Shown: positions 18,910-28,586, counted from the stretch's first letter. The stretch: DNA of 64,000 nt from Spirochaetota bacterium (GCA_965205605.1 CBDBHE010000008.1:96001-160000), one strand, 5' to 3'. A program made the numbers and translations. Notes: a model not told the origin generated them from the sequence alone.

Positions 18910-20790
18910 CTAAGACATCCTATTAATAAGAGTATCAAGCATTTCATCAATCGCACTAATGAGCTTTGCTGAAGCTCTATAACCATACTGCATCGCAACC
19001 ATATTAGCCATTTCTTCATCAATATTGACTCCTGAAACGGATTGCTGTAGTGTTTGTAAATTGGAAACGATCGATTCATATTTACTTACTTCCAAATCCG
19101 CTACGGCTCCTTTAGAACCAACGTCGTCAATCATAGAAACATAAAATTCATTAAACGTTTTTTGATTATCAAGCATAAAATTTACTTGCCTTAAATTTGA
19201 AATATCAAGAGCAACTCTCCCGTCCCCACTCCCATTACTAATTTCTGCTCCACCAATGCCATCATAGTCTGTGCCATGAGCACTAGCGACTAATTGAGGA
19301 TCTTTTTGAATATCTTCTCTAAGATTAATCCAGCTAGAAGGGTGATACATCGGCATGGTTTTAAAATCTGCCCCCTCAGCAAGTGAAGACGCTACGCTAT
19401 TAAGTACATCATATTGAAACGCTGTATTTGGAGCTATTAAAACACCACTAATACCTGTTAATAGATTGCCCGTGTCTTCCAAATAATCAATGGAAAAAGG
19501 CTGTGGCCCGTTAGAATTCCCTTTAACAACAAGTTGCTTATTATGATTAAGATGGAAACTAATTTCTGATTGAGAATGATTGACTCTTTCAATGACTTCA
19601 CTAATGCGATCATCTGCTTGATAAGGAACTTCGATAATTTCACCCTCTTTTCTTAGTCGAATGATTCCTCCACTACCAATAGGAGCACTACCTTCTATTT
19701 TAGCACTTCCTACTACTTGAAAAATCAAAGTAGAATCAAAAACACCATCTTGATTAAGGTCATAATTTCCTTGTATATCAGAGCTCAAAGGATTTTCTTG
19801 AAAAAAAACACCCCCTCTAGCATCATAAGCATTAAATCCTCTTTGATGAATCTCATTAACAGCAACTATTAAATTGGCTGCTAAAGTGTCTAATCGTTTA
19901 ATTTGATTTTTAAGATGCTCATCTCTTGCAATTAGGTTTGCTTTTAAAGCACCCGATTGAGGGGCAAATCGATCATTACTTTCTTCCCAGTAAATATCAA
20001 AATGAGCTTCATTTTCAGGATTTTCTTCTAATTTCAACTGTTTTGTTTCAGGCCCTTGAACTAACATTTTTCCTGCTGTAAAAATCATAATTTCGTTATC
20101 ATCGTTAAAGCTAATTTTAACGTTAATCATTTTTGAAACTTCATGAATTAAATGATCTCGTTTATCGAGAAGATCATTTGGGTTATCTCCCAAGGCTTGT
20201 GATTGCAAAATTTTAGTATTAATGTCAGCTACTGATTTTGCAATTTGATTAATACGAGAAACATCCGATCGAATTTTTTCATTAAGTTCATGTCTGAGTT
20301 CATTAAATCTGTTAAATTGGGTATTAAATTGCCTTGAAAGTGCCACTGAACGCTGAACTAATTCTTGACGAACAGCAGGTTCGGAGGGGTTTTTTGAAAG
20401 TTCTTGCCAAGAAACCCAAAAACGATCCATGTCTTCTTGAAGATTTTGTTCTTCTAAAGCATGATGAACATCTTCTATTTGATGAAGGTTATTTTGATTT
20501 GTTTTCCAAAACTCTTTATTAGCTGTTTCGGCATTAATTCTAATATCAAGATACTTGTCTCTTTCTCTTCGAATTTCACTGACTTGAACACCCTGTCCAA
20601 TTTGACCAGCAACTTCAGCTCTATTTAAAGCAGGCTCATAAAGTGGATCCACAGCAGATAAAATCGCTCTTTGTCTAGAATAAGTCTTATTATCAGCATT
20701 AGAAATATTGTGGCCAATAACACTTAATCCCTTTTGATGCGCCATTAAAGAACGCTTGCCAATTTCAATCCCTAAAAAAGTTGATGCCAT
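18910..20790 (-). CDS. flgK: Flagellar hook-associated protein 1 FlgK
   Basis: STFLGIEIGKRSL, GHNISNA, YSRQR, PNDLLDKRD, SVSGVNIDEEMANM. Confidence 0.97.
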   Translation of the reverse strand: MASTFLGIEIGKRSLMAHQKGLSVIGHNISNADNKTYSRQRAILSAVDPLYEPALNRAEVAGQIGQGVQVSEIRRERDKYLDIRINAETANKEFWKTNQNNLHQIEDVHHALEEQNLQEDMDRFWVSWQELSKNPSEPAVRQELVQRSVALSRQFNTQFNRFNELRHELNEKIRSDVSRINQIAKSVADINTKILQSQALGDNPNDLLDKRDHLIHEVSKMINVKISFNDDNEIMIFTAGKMLVQGPETKQLKLEENPENEAHFDIYWEESNDRFAPQSGALKANLIARDEHLKNQIKRLDTLAANLIVAVNEIHQRGFNAYDARGGVFFQENPLSSDIQGNYDLNQDGVFDSTLIFQVVGSAKIEGSAPIGSGGIIRLRKEGEIIEVPYQADDRISEVIERVNHSQSEISFHLNHNKQLVVKGNSNGPQPFSIDYLEDTGNLLTGISGVLIAPNTAFQYDVLNSVASSLAEGADFKTMPMYHPSSWINLREDIQKDPQLVASAHGTDYDGIGGAEISNGSGDGRVALDISNLRQVNFMLDNQKTFNEFYVSMIDDVGSKGAVADLEVSKYESIVSNLQTLQQSVSGVNIDEEMANMVAMQYGYRASAKLISAIDEMLDTLINRMS

Positions 20791-20834
20791 TTTTTACCTC
20801 CTTTTAAAAACTAAAATAAAATAAAATTCTTTTC

Positions 20835-21197
20835 TTAAACTCTCACCAAGCATAAACCATTTCCTTTATGTTGAGACTGCATTCCATTTTTTTCATAGGT
20901 ATCTAACGTTGCCGTATTGATTTGGCTAGCAAAAAACTGGGAAATATAACCGATTTCTTGAGTGATTTGCTTATTAATAAGAAACAAATTTTTATATTGA
21001 TTAATAAGAGTTTTTGTTGTTTTTTCTTTAAAAAAATCTTTTATAAAACCCGATTTTTTTAATAAAGAAATAAGAGAAAATTGTTTTTGACATAATTTTT
21101 CTAATTGTTTCCAATGTCCTTTTTCAAGGTATTGTTTTTTTATCTTTTCTAAACGAATCAGATTTTTAATTAAAAAAGGAAAATTGCCTTGTATCAT
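20835..21197 (-). CDS. Probable FlgN-like export chaperone (divergent)
   Basis: Small helical protein directly upstream of flgK; C-terminal TYEKNG resembles the FlgN tYxxxG motif. Confidence 0.55.
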   Translation of the reverse strand: MIQGNFPFLIKNLIRLEKIKKQYLEKGHWKQLEKLCQKQFSLISLLKKSGFIKDFFKEKTTKTLINQYKNLFLINKQITQEIGYISQFFASQINTATLDTYEKNGMQSQHKGNGLCLVRV

Positions 21198-21386
21198 TCT
21201 TATTTATAAAATTTTCAAAAAACTCATTTTTTTTACATGAAATAATTCGGAAAAAATACAATTTTGATTATTAAAAATTTATTTGTTATTATTTTCTAAA
21301 AAAAGTCGATAAGTTTTTTTGATAAACTCACAAGCTCAATATAAAATAAATTATCATATCTCCAAAAAAATACTTTTTATCAAAAA

Positions 21387-23141
21387 TTGCTTTTTAAAAA
21401 AAATTTATATTTTATCTTATTTGCCTTTATCCTTTTTGGAATTTTTATTATTATAAAAAATCTATTTGTAAACATTGTTTACCAACAAAAATATTACAAA
21501 AAATATCAACCAATTGTCAAAGGTATTAATAATTTTTATAAAAATTATTTAAAAGATTTTAATCAAATCTCTAAAAAAAAATTAGAAAAACTTAATAAGG
21601 CTCTCTATAAAAATCAAGAAAAAATATTACCCAACATCATCATTCATTATCAAGAAGACCTAAAGCCAATCAGTATTGTAAGCCCAAAAATACGAAGCAA
21701 ACAACTTTTGAAAATAATCGATGAAGAAATTAGAACAAAAATGAAAGAGAAACAATTTCACATTTCTTCTCAAACCAAAATGCTTTTTTTTAAGACACCT
21801 ACATTCAATTCTTCTCTTTCAACTTATTTGGGCTTTGTTGATAAAACTTACAAAGAAAAAATTTTTTTCATTGAAAAAGCTTTTTTAATTTCATATTGTT
21901 TCTTAATTGTTTCTCTTTTTTTACTGATTACTTTTTTAAAAAGTCTTAGAGTGTATTTAGCTAAAAAAAAAATTAGCCAATACAAAAAAAAAACCATCGA
22001 AGGAAAAGAAAAAAAATTTAAAATTATTATTGAAAAAGAACTCATTTCTGAAGCTTTTCACTTTAAAGAATTACTTTTTAAAAATGATTTTTTAGATAAA
22101 AAGCCTTCAAAAAACAACCCTTCTAAATTAAATAAAACAGAAAATGCAACCTCTACGATAAGGCCTTTAGAAGAAATTATTGAATATGAAAATCAATATG
22201 AAAAGCATTTTAATCAAATGAAATTGCTTAAAAAATTAAGTGATTTAAGCTTTAAAGTTTATCAAGTGGAAAATATACTTGAAATTTACCTTAGGGTTAT
22301 TATTCAACTTTTTAACCCTATTAATGAAATTAAATTTTTTTTGAAAAGTGAAAAAGAAGATTTTTTCTATCTAGCTTGCCGGTTTTTTGAAAATAAAACA
22401 AACTATTATAAAGAGCAAATATCTCAAGGAGAGCACCTTTACCCCAAAATAGGGCCTTTAGGACAAGCTATCTATCAAATGCGAATCTTCAAAGAAGAAG
22501 GTAAAAATTTTACTCAATACTTCATTCCTTTTTTTGAAAATGAAGCGGTGCTTGGAATATTACAAATTAACTTTAAAAATACTTCTGAAGCATTAGAAAA
22601 AGAATTACTTTTTTTAAAACATCTTTTAAGGCATCTTTCTTATAATATTCAAAATGTCAAATTAATTCAAAAAAAACAACTTTACCCTAAGGTCAATCTT
22701 TTAAACGAGTCAAGTCTTCAAAATGAATTGAAAAAAATGATTAAAGAAAAAACAAGTCGATACTCATTTACTATTTGTTTTTTAGAAGTGCTTTCTTTTT
22801 CAAAAGAACAAAAAAAAAACTTAAGCCTTATGAATTTTTCTAACGAAAAATTTTCAGAATATCTAAGTCAATATCGAAATATAAAAACTCACATTTATTT
22901 TCTTAATAAAGAATACTTTTCAATTCTTTTTCTAGGCTCAAAAGACAAGTGGCAACCCATTCTTTCAAAAATTGTAGAAGAAAGCGAAAGAATGACTTTT
23001 AAATTTTTAAATGAAGAAGTCAAATTAAAAATAAACATCGGTCTTTTTGAAATTAAAAAAGGAGAAAAACAAACAATCGATAAAATTTTTAAAAAAGTGA
23101 TTAAAGATTTAAAAATATATCAAGCCTATTTAAATCACTAA
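21387..23141 (+). CDS. Membrane sensor: 2 TM, GAF-like domain and degenerate GGDEF-like domain
   Basis: Two hydrophobic segments; IPFFENEAVLGILQI (GAF-like); PKVNLLNESSLQNEL, YFLNKEYFSIL in place of RYGGEEF, and VKLKINIGL (GGDEF-fold pattern). Confidence 0.6.
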   Translation: MLFKKNLYFILFAFILFGIFIIIKNLFVNIVYQQKYYKKYQPIVKGINNFYKNYLKDFNQISKKKLEKLNKALYKNQEKILPNIIIHYQEDLKPISIVSPKIRSKQLLKIIDEEIRTKMKEKQFHISSQTKMLFFKTPTFNSSLSTYLGFVDKTYKEKIFFIEKAFLISYCFLIVSLFLLITFLKSLRVYLAKKKISQYKKKTIEGKEKKFKIIIEKELISEAFHFKELLFKNDFLDKKPSKNNPSKLNKTENATSTIRPLEEIIEYENQYEKHFNQMKLLKKLSDLSFKVYQVENILEIYLRVIIQLFNPINEIKFFLKSEKEDFFYLACRFFENKTNYYKEQISQGEHLYPKIGPLGQAIYQMRIFKEEGKNFTQYFIPFFENEAVLGILQINFKNTSEALEKELLFLKHLLRHLSYNIQNVKLIQKKQLYPKVNLLNESSLQNELKKMIKEKTSRYSFTICFLEVLSFSKEQKKNLSLMNFSNEKFSEYLSQYRNIKTHIYFLNKEYFSILFLGSKDKWQPILSKIVEESERMTFKFLNEEVKLKINIGLFEIKKGEKQTIDKIFKKVIKDLKIYQAYLNH

Positions 23142-23151
23142 ATAAAGCCAT

Positions 23152-24234
23152 TCATTTAAAAATACTAGAAGCGATCTCATTAACTAAAAAATCAAGAGGA
23201 TTTTTGGTTTGTTTATTTGCTTGTTTACTTGTTTGTTTTTGTTTTAAAATTTGCTTTATTTCTTTTAAAAAATCAATTGTTTTTAAAGAATCTTCCAAAA
23301 TAATTTTAGCAGGGATGTGGTTTAAAGCTTCTTTTGCATTAAGATACTGCTCATTCTTTTGAGCGATTTTAAGGGGAATGAAAAAAACTTTTTTTTGACA
23401 CCAAATGAGTTCAGAGACCATTCCAGCTCCAGAACGAGAAATCACTAAAGAAGCGATTTTAATTAACAAAGGAAACATGAAAGTATAAGCAAAAGGAAAA
23501 TAAGTTTGATTTTTTTTAACCCTACACTGATCTAAATAATTTTTACCTACTTGATGCAAAACAATGTAATTTGAACATAATTTTTTTAAATGAAAATCGA
23601 CAAGTTGGTTGATTAAAACAGAGCCATTGCCCCCACCACAAAAAAGCAAAATAGGTTTGGTGAGAGATTTTAAATCAAGCCCTTCAAAAAAAAGTGACTT
23701 GGGGAGAGGTTTCAAAAAATCATTTCTAATAGGATAACCCGAAAAAACAATTTTTTTAGGGGGAAAATTTTTCCTAGAAGCTTCAAAAGAAATAAAGATT
23801 TTTTTAACAAAAAAAGAAGCAATACGATTAGCTAATCCACCATAGGTTGTTTGCTCATGAAGATAAACTTGATAACCCAAAAGAGAGCTCATGATCACAA
23901 CGGGCAAACTAACAAAACCTCCTGTAGAAAACACAAGGCCTTTTTTTCTAAAAAATCTAATGAAAATAAAAAAACATTGAAAGCATCCTAAAAGAAAAAA
24001 GAAAAATTCTGAAAAATGACTAAATGTAAATGTTCTTCGATACTTGCCTGTAAAAATAGCGTAATAAAAAACATGGGCTTCTTTAACTAATTTCTTTTCA
24101 ATTCCTTTGCGACTACCGATATAACAAACAGAACAAGAAGGATGTTTTTTCTTTAAAGCTTCAATAATCGCTAAAGCTAAAACAGTGTGTCCAGCACTAC
24201 CTCCACCTGTAAAAAAGATTTTTTTCTTGCTCAT
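23152..24234 (-). CDS. murG: UDP-N-acetylglucosamine:lipid I GlcNAc transferase MurG
   Basis: FTGGGSAGH, STGGFVSLP, HEQT, GGGNGS, ISRSGA, NEQYLNA; real start ATG 24234 (the ORF track extension runs through the tRNA). Confidence 0.93.
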   Translation of the reverse strand: MSKKKIFFTGGGSAGHTVLALAIIEALKKKHPSCSVCYIGSRKGIEKKLVKEAHVFYYAIFTGKYRRTFTFSHFSEFFFFLLGCFQCFFIFIRFFRKKGLVFSTGGFVSLPVVIMSSLLGYQVYLHEQTTYGGLANRIASFFVKKIFISFEASRKNFPPKKIVFSGYPIRNDFLKPLPKSLFFEGLDLKSLTKPILLFCGGGNGSVLINQLVDFHLKKLCSNYIVLHQVGKNYLDQCRVKKNQTYFPFAYTFMFPLLIKIASLVISRSGAGMVSELIWCQKKVFFIPLKIAQKNEQYLNAKEALNHIPAKIILEDSLKTIDFLKEIKQILKQKQTSKQANKQTKNPLDFLVNEIASSIFK

Positions 24235-24257
24235 AAGAATAGTTTTTGATAAAAACT

Positions 24258-24329
24258 TGGGTATAGCTGGGATCGAACCAGCGACTTCTACGATGTCAAC
24301 GTAGCGCTCTCCCACTGAGCTATACACCC
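24258..24329 (-). tRNA. tRNA-Val (anticodon GAC), CCA not encoded
   Basis: GGGTGTATAGCTCAGTGGGAGAGCGCTACGTTGACATCGTAGAAGTCGCTGGTTCGATCCCAGCTATACCCA folds as a cloverleaf; anticodon arm CTACG-TTGACAT-CGTAG; GGTTCGATCC T-loop. Confidence 0.97.
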
Positions 24330-24361
24330 TTGTGTAACTTATAAGAAGTGATTTTAACATG

Positions 24362-24390
24362 ACTATATTTAAACCTTCTATACAAATCAA
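24362..24390 (-). promoter_or_regulatory. Sigma70-type promoter for tRNA-Val/murG
   Basis: TTGATT-17 bp-TATAGT on the minus strand, about 30 nt upstream of the tRNA. Confidence 0.55.
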
Positions 24391-24468
24391 AAGTTGTTTT
24401 AAATACTAGCGATATATATTTTTCTACTAAATTAAAACCAATCTTCTTTAGATAAAAAATGATTTTTT

Positions 24469-25440
24469 TTAAGGTTTTTCAATTTCTTCTTCTACTTTTG
24501 ATTTGGCTTTCTCAAGTAAAGCGATACTTTCTTTTCTAAGCTGATAATTTAATTTGACTTTCTCGGCAATTTGGGTTTGAATCTTTTTACCCATAAGTGG
24601 GATTTTGATTTTTTCAAAATCAGAAGGTTTTAAATGTGGAATAAGCCCTCCACCAGAAAATTTTTCTATTTGTAGTTTACAAATAATAGAGTTGAAACAT
24701 AATGATGAAAATTCTTTTTCAAAATCTTTATATTTTTTTTTAAAATCACATTTTAAAAATGCTCCGCTTATAATTCCTTTTTGGTCTTCTTTTACAACAT
24801 AGCTAATTCCTAAAGTTCCGTCTTTTGAAAATAAAATCTCACCTATTTTTGGTTGATATTTCTCCTTTATTTCTTCAAATTTTTTCTTTGAAATCTTTTT
24901 TTCAACTTTACTAAAACCAAAAATTGAAAAATCTGAAACCTTTAAAAATTCTTTTCCTTCATTCTGATACTCATCACTACCTACTTTTATTCTTTTTTTC
25001 CAGTTTACAATATTACCGACAACATCAAACCCGCCTTTATAACTTTCAATTTTCTTAATAATCTCATCATATTTCGGCTGAAAATACTCCGCATCAAACC
25101 TTGTCGCTTTATCCACTGCTTGCTTTGTGGTTTCAAAACAAAGCGTGTGTTTTGGTTGGTAATCGACTAAATCAAGTTCTTTTAAAAGCAGTTGCTGGGC
25201 TTCTTTGTAAAGCACTTTAGACTTGATTTGTTTTTCGTGAGCTTCTCTCACGAGTTTTTCAATAGAAACTTGAAAAGATTTTGGAAGAATTGAAATTTTA
25301 AGTTTTTCTAATACTTCTTGTGTGATACTAAAATTTGAAACCCCATAGATATTTCTTTCAATTTGATTATAGCCTAACTTACTTCTTAAAAATATAGACA
25401 AATAGAAATGGTTAAAAGAATTTTCTTTTTTTCTTAAAAG
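24469..25440 (-). pseudogene. 5'-truncated restriction-modification specificity (HsdS-like S) subunit
   Basis: Begins mid-TRD (LLRKKENSFNHFYLSIFLRSKLGYNQIER), followed by a coiled-coil spacer, RFDAEYFQPKY, a second TRD (GEILFSKDGTLG) and a terminal helix; no credible start or RBS. Confidence 0.75.
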
Positions 25441-26317
25441 CCGTAAGCCTGAGGCAGAAAAATTTCAAAGATGGGTAACAAAAGAAGTGTTGCCTTCTAT
25501 TCGAAAAACAGGCGAATATAAAATTAAAGGTATTGGCTCTAGTGCCACTGAAGATGATAAAAGACTATTTTTACGCAAGCAACTTAAAGAACACAATAAA
25601 CACTTAACTAGTGAAGCAAAAAAAGCTGGAGTAGGAAATACTGACAATAAAAAACAAAATAGTATTGAATATGCTATTTTCCAAAATGAAGGATACAAAG
25701 GGCTTTATGATGGTTTAACAAAACGTCAAATAGCAGTTAAAAAAGGATTAAAACCTGAAAATGATATATTAGACCATATGAGAAGTACAGAGTTAGCTGC
25801 CAATTTTTTTAGAGTAACGCAAACAGAAGAAAAATTAAAGCGAGAAAAAATTAAAACCAAAGAAAAAGCAAATGAAGTGCATTATTTAGTGGGTAGGAAA
25901 GTGCGTGAAACTATGTTATCTATCAGTGGTATCGCTCCTGAGGATTTGCCTTTTGTGGAAAATATTAAGAAAATTGAAAAAAAAGGAACCACTATTAGTA
26001 AATTAAAGTTTAAAGATTTTAGCCAAGATTTATGGAAAATTTGTGCCTTTATTATTTACCAAGAAGGAAAAAGTAATGAAATAACCACAAGAACTTTGAT
26101 AGAAAAATTGCCTTCCTATATCAAGATTGAAGATAAATATAAAGAAATAGCAAAGGTTAGACAAGAACCAAAATATATGATTATGGTTAGAAATATAAAA
26201 TCCAATAAAAACAACAAGCCTAATCCTATTCGACAAGGCTATTTAGAAGATATAAAGGAAGGCTTTAGATTAACACAAAAAGGAATTGATTATCTTAAGA
26301 GTGGCTTTAAGGATTAA
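25433..26317 (+). pseudogene. 5'-truncated Bro-N / DinD C-terminal / winged-helix fusion gene (could still be translated from GTG 25487)
   Basis: In-frame upstream LKSRKPEAEKFQRWVTKEVLPSIRKTGEY is the end of a Bro-N domain. EDDKRLFLRKQLKEHNK...YAIFQNEGYKGLY...ILDHMRSTELAANFFRVTQTEEKL...HYLVGRKVR is DinD-like. The C-terminal GYLEDIKEGFRLTQKGIDYL is wHTH-like. In-frame TAG at 25403. Confidence 0.75.
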
Positions 26318-26404
26318 TGCTATATTAATAAATAAATTTTTTACTGTAAATTTGTATATAGTTACTTAAAAAATCGATAAAATTAATTTTTTTAGTAGTA
26401 AAAG

Positions 26405-27130
26405 TTACTGATTAAGTTGAATAAAACAAACAAGTCTTTTGGAGGTTTTATTTCTTCTATAAGAATAAAACCATTCTTCTTCTCCAAAAGTACAACGATT
26501 AAGAACATCTATATTTTTATCACAGACTCCCAAATGATTTAAAAGAGACACAGTTAATTTTTTTAAATCAAACAAATACCCCTTTGCTTTCTGTTTAAAA
26601 AAAAGGGTTTCGTTTAATTTTTTTTCTTTTATTAAAGGCAAAAAAATTTCTAAAAGGTCTTCTTTCACCTCGTAATGTTCTCCGCAAATACCCGAGCCAA
26701 CAGCAACATGTAAATCTTCAGAAGAACTTTGATAATTTATTTTTAATAAATGAATCGCTTTTTCGATAATCCCTTTACTAATAGGTTTCCAACCTCCGTG
26801 TAAAGCACCAATTACCTTTTTTTTAGAATCATGAATCAAAATAGGTAAACAGTCTGCTGTGCGAATACATAAACATTGCCCCCTTAAGTCAGTTATAACC
26901 CCATCAAAATTTCCATAATTTTCTCCTTTGGATTGAGTTTTTTTTTTTAAAACTAAAACATCTGCTTGATGAACTTGGTTTAAAAAAATAAATTTTTTTG
27001 AAGATTCTGAATTAACAAAAGTAATTTCTTTTGAAAAATCAGTGATGTTTTTTGTAGAAAATCCATGCCGAATTCCTTGAAAATCACTTAGTTGTTTTGA
27101 ATAAAACCATTTAGTTTTTTTATTTTTCAT
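26405..27130 (-). CDS. pgeF: Peptidoglycan editing factor / purine nucleoside phosphorylase PgeF (YfiH)
   Basis: HGFST, LNQVH, RTADCLPI, HGGWK, FYSYRR. Confidence 0.93.
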   Translation of the reverse strand: MKNKKTKWFYSKQLSDFQGIRHGFSTKNITDFSKEITFVNSESSKKFIFLNQVHQADVLVLKKKTQSKGENYGNFDGVITDLRGQCLCIRTADCLPILIHDSKKKVIGALHGGWKPISKGIIEKAIHLLKINYQSSSEDLHVAVGSGICGEHYEVKEDLLEIFLPLIKEKKLNETLFFKQKAKGYLFDLKKLTVSLLNHLGVCDKNIDVLNRCTFGEEEWFYSYRRNKTSKRLVCFIQLNQ

Positions 27131-28028
27131 CCATCGCTCCGATTAAAGATTGAGTGGTTGTTTGATTTTTTTTTAAGTAACGCTGGTATTGTTTTAATAT
27201 TTTAAAAGAAGCCCTAGGATCAATTAAATTAGCGGTCCCAACCCCTACTAAAGTAGCTCCTGCAAGAAGGTATTCTACAACATCCTCTCCTTGATGCACT
27301 CCCCCAATAGCTAAAATAGGAAGTGAACATACTTTAGAAACTTGATAGACCATTCTAAGGATCATCGGCTTGAGTCCTACTCCAGAGTATCCCCCTATGA
27401 TTTTTTGAATCATCGGTTTACGATTATCTGTATCGATTTTCATACCAAGAAAAGTATTGGCTATAGAAAGACCATTAGCACCTGCTTCTTCACAAACAAG
27501 CGCCATTTCTTCTATAGAAGTAACAAGAGGTGAAAGCTTCACAATAATGGGTTTTTTTGAAATTTTAACACATTCATTAGTCACTTCTTTAAGTGCTTTT
27601 TTATCGAAAGCAAAACTTTTTCCTTTTTGATCAATATTAGGGCAACTAACGTTAAGTTCGATGAGGTCGATCGCTTTTAATTTAGAAAGAGCAAGCGTTA
27701 ATTTTATATATTCTTCAGTACTTTGACCTGCTATATTAATAATCTTTCTTGTTTTAATGGGCTGAAGATAAGGGTAAATATGACGAATAAAATAATCCAA
27801 ACCTTCATTTTGCAACCCTATTGAATTAATAAATCCAACTTCTGTTTCACAAACTCTAGGAGAAGGATTTCCTTCTTTTGGCTTTAATGTTAGGGTTTTA
27901 ATGGTAAACCCACCTAATGAATTAAGAGAAGAAGCCGAGCTAAAGTCATATCCATAACCAAAAGTCCCAGAAGTAGTCACAATAGGGTTTTGAAAGAAAA
28001 GCTTAGAAAAAAAAATACTTTCAGTCAT
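27120..28028 (-). CDS. pyrD: Dihydroorotate dehydrogenase, family 1 catalytic subunit
   Basis: SGTFGYG, NSIGLQN, ELNVSCPN, VKLSP, GGYSG. Confidence 0.94.
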   Translation of the reverse strand: MTESIFFSKLFFQNPIVTTSGTFGYGYDFSSASSLNSLGGFTIKTLTLKPKEGNPSPRVCETEVGFINSIGLQNEGLDYFIRHIYPYLQPIKTRKIINIAGQSTEEYIKLTLALSKLKAIDLIELNVSCPNIDQKGKSFAFDKKALKEVTNECVKISKKPIIVKLSPLVTSIEEMALVCEEAGANGLSIANTFLGMKIDTDNRKPMIQKIIGGYSGVGLKPMILRMVYQVSKVCSLPILAIGGVHQGEDVVEYLLAGATLVGVGTANLIDPRASFKILKQYQRYLKKNQTTTQSLIGAMDEK

Positions 28029-28133
28029 CTATTTAAAGATATCGTTAAACAAGAAAATGAATTGATAAGAACACATAAGTATACTATACTAAATTGCCTT
28101 TTTTTTTTAAACTTTATTTTTAAATAAACTAAA

Positions 28134-28586
28134 TTGACTATTAATGATTATGTTAAATCTGCCTCGATTATCCTTAATTTAAAAAAAAATACTAAAAAAG
28201 AAGTTATTGAGGAATTGGTTGAGTTTGCCATTATTGAAAAAAAAATTAAAAAAGAGATTAAAAATGATCTTTTAAAAAAAATTTTCAATCGAGAAGAAAA
28301 AGGAAGTACCGGATTACAAAATGGGATTGCTATTCCTCATGCAAAAACAGATTTAGTTAATGAATTCATTTTTGTTTTTGGATTTCATAAAAAAGGAGTT
28401 GCTTTTGATTCAATTGATAACAAGCCTGTCAATTTTTTAATTTTAACGATTTCCCCTGTTAGTGAATCAAGCAAACATTTAGAATTTCTATCTTATATTT
28501 GCCATAAATTAAAAGACTCTCAATTTCAAAAAAAAATTTTAAATCAGCAAAATGCAAAAGAAATCAAATCATTTCTTATAAACTAA
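28134..28586 (+). CDS. PTS EIIA (fructose/nitrogen-type) domain protein
   Basis: REEKGSTGLQNGIAIPHAK, FDSIDNKPV, HLEFLS. Confidence 0.92.
   Translation: MTINDYVKSASIILNLKKNTKKEVIEELVEFAIIEKKIKKEIKNDLLKKIFNREEKGSTGLQNGIAIPHAKTDLVNEFIFVFGFHKKGVAFDSIDNKPVNFLILTISPVSESSKHLEFLSYICHKLKDSQFQKKILNQQNAKEIKSFLIN

Noticed and set aside
21241-21312. Sigma28 promoters in the flgN / GGDEF-like intergenic region (TCCGAATT minus, GTCGATAA plus)
   Set aside because: The -10 matches are partial and the -35 elements poor; not distinguishable from background by eye.
24235-24390. 51-aa N-terminal extension of MurG in the ORF track
   Set aside because: It is read-through across the tRNA-Val gene and its promoter; MurG homology starts at MSKKKIFFTGGG (24234).
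24419-26402. Short inverted match (CTACTAAA / TTTAGTAG) at the two flanks of the R-M/DinD insert
   Set aside because: Only about 8 bp of AT-rich identity with no target duplication or transposase; expected by chance.
24258-26404. tRNA-anchored integrative element or prophage att site
   Set aside because: The insert lies on the 5' side of the tRNA, I found no duplicated tRNA 3' end, and no integrase or phage structural gene is present.
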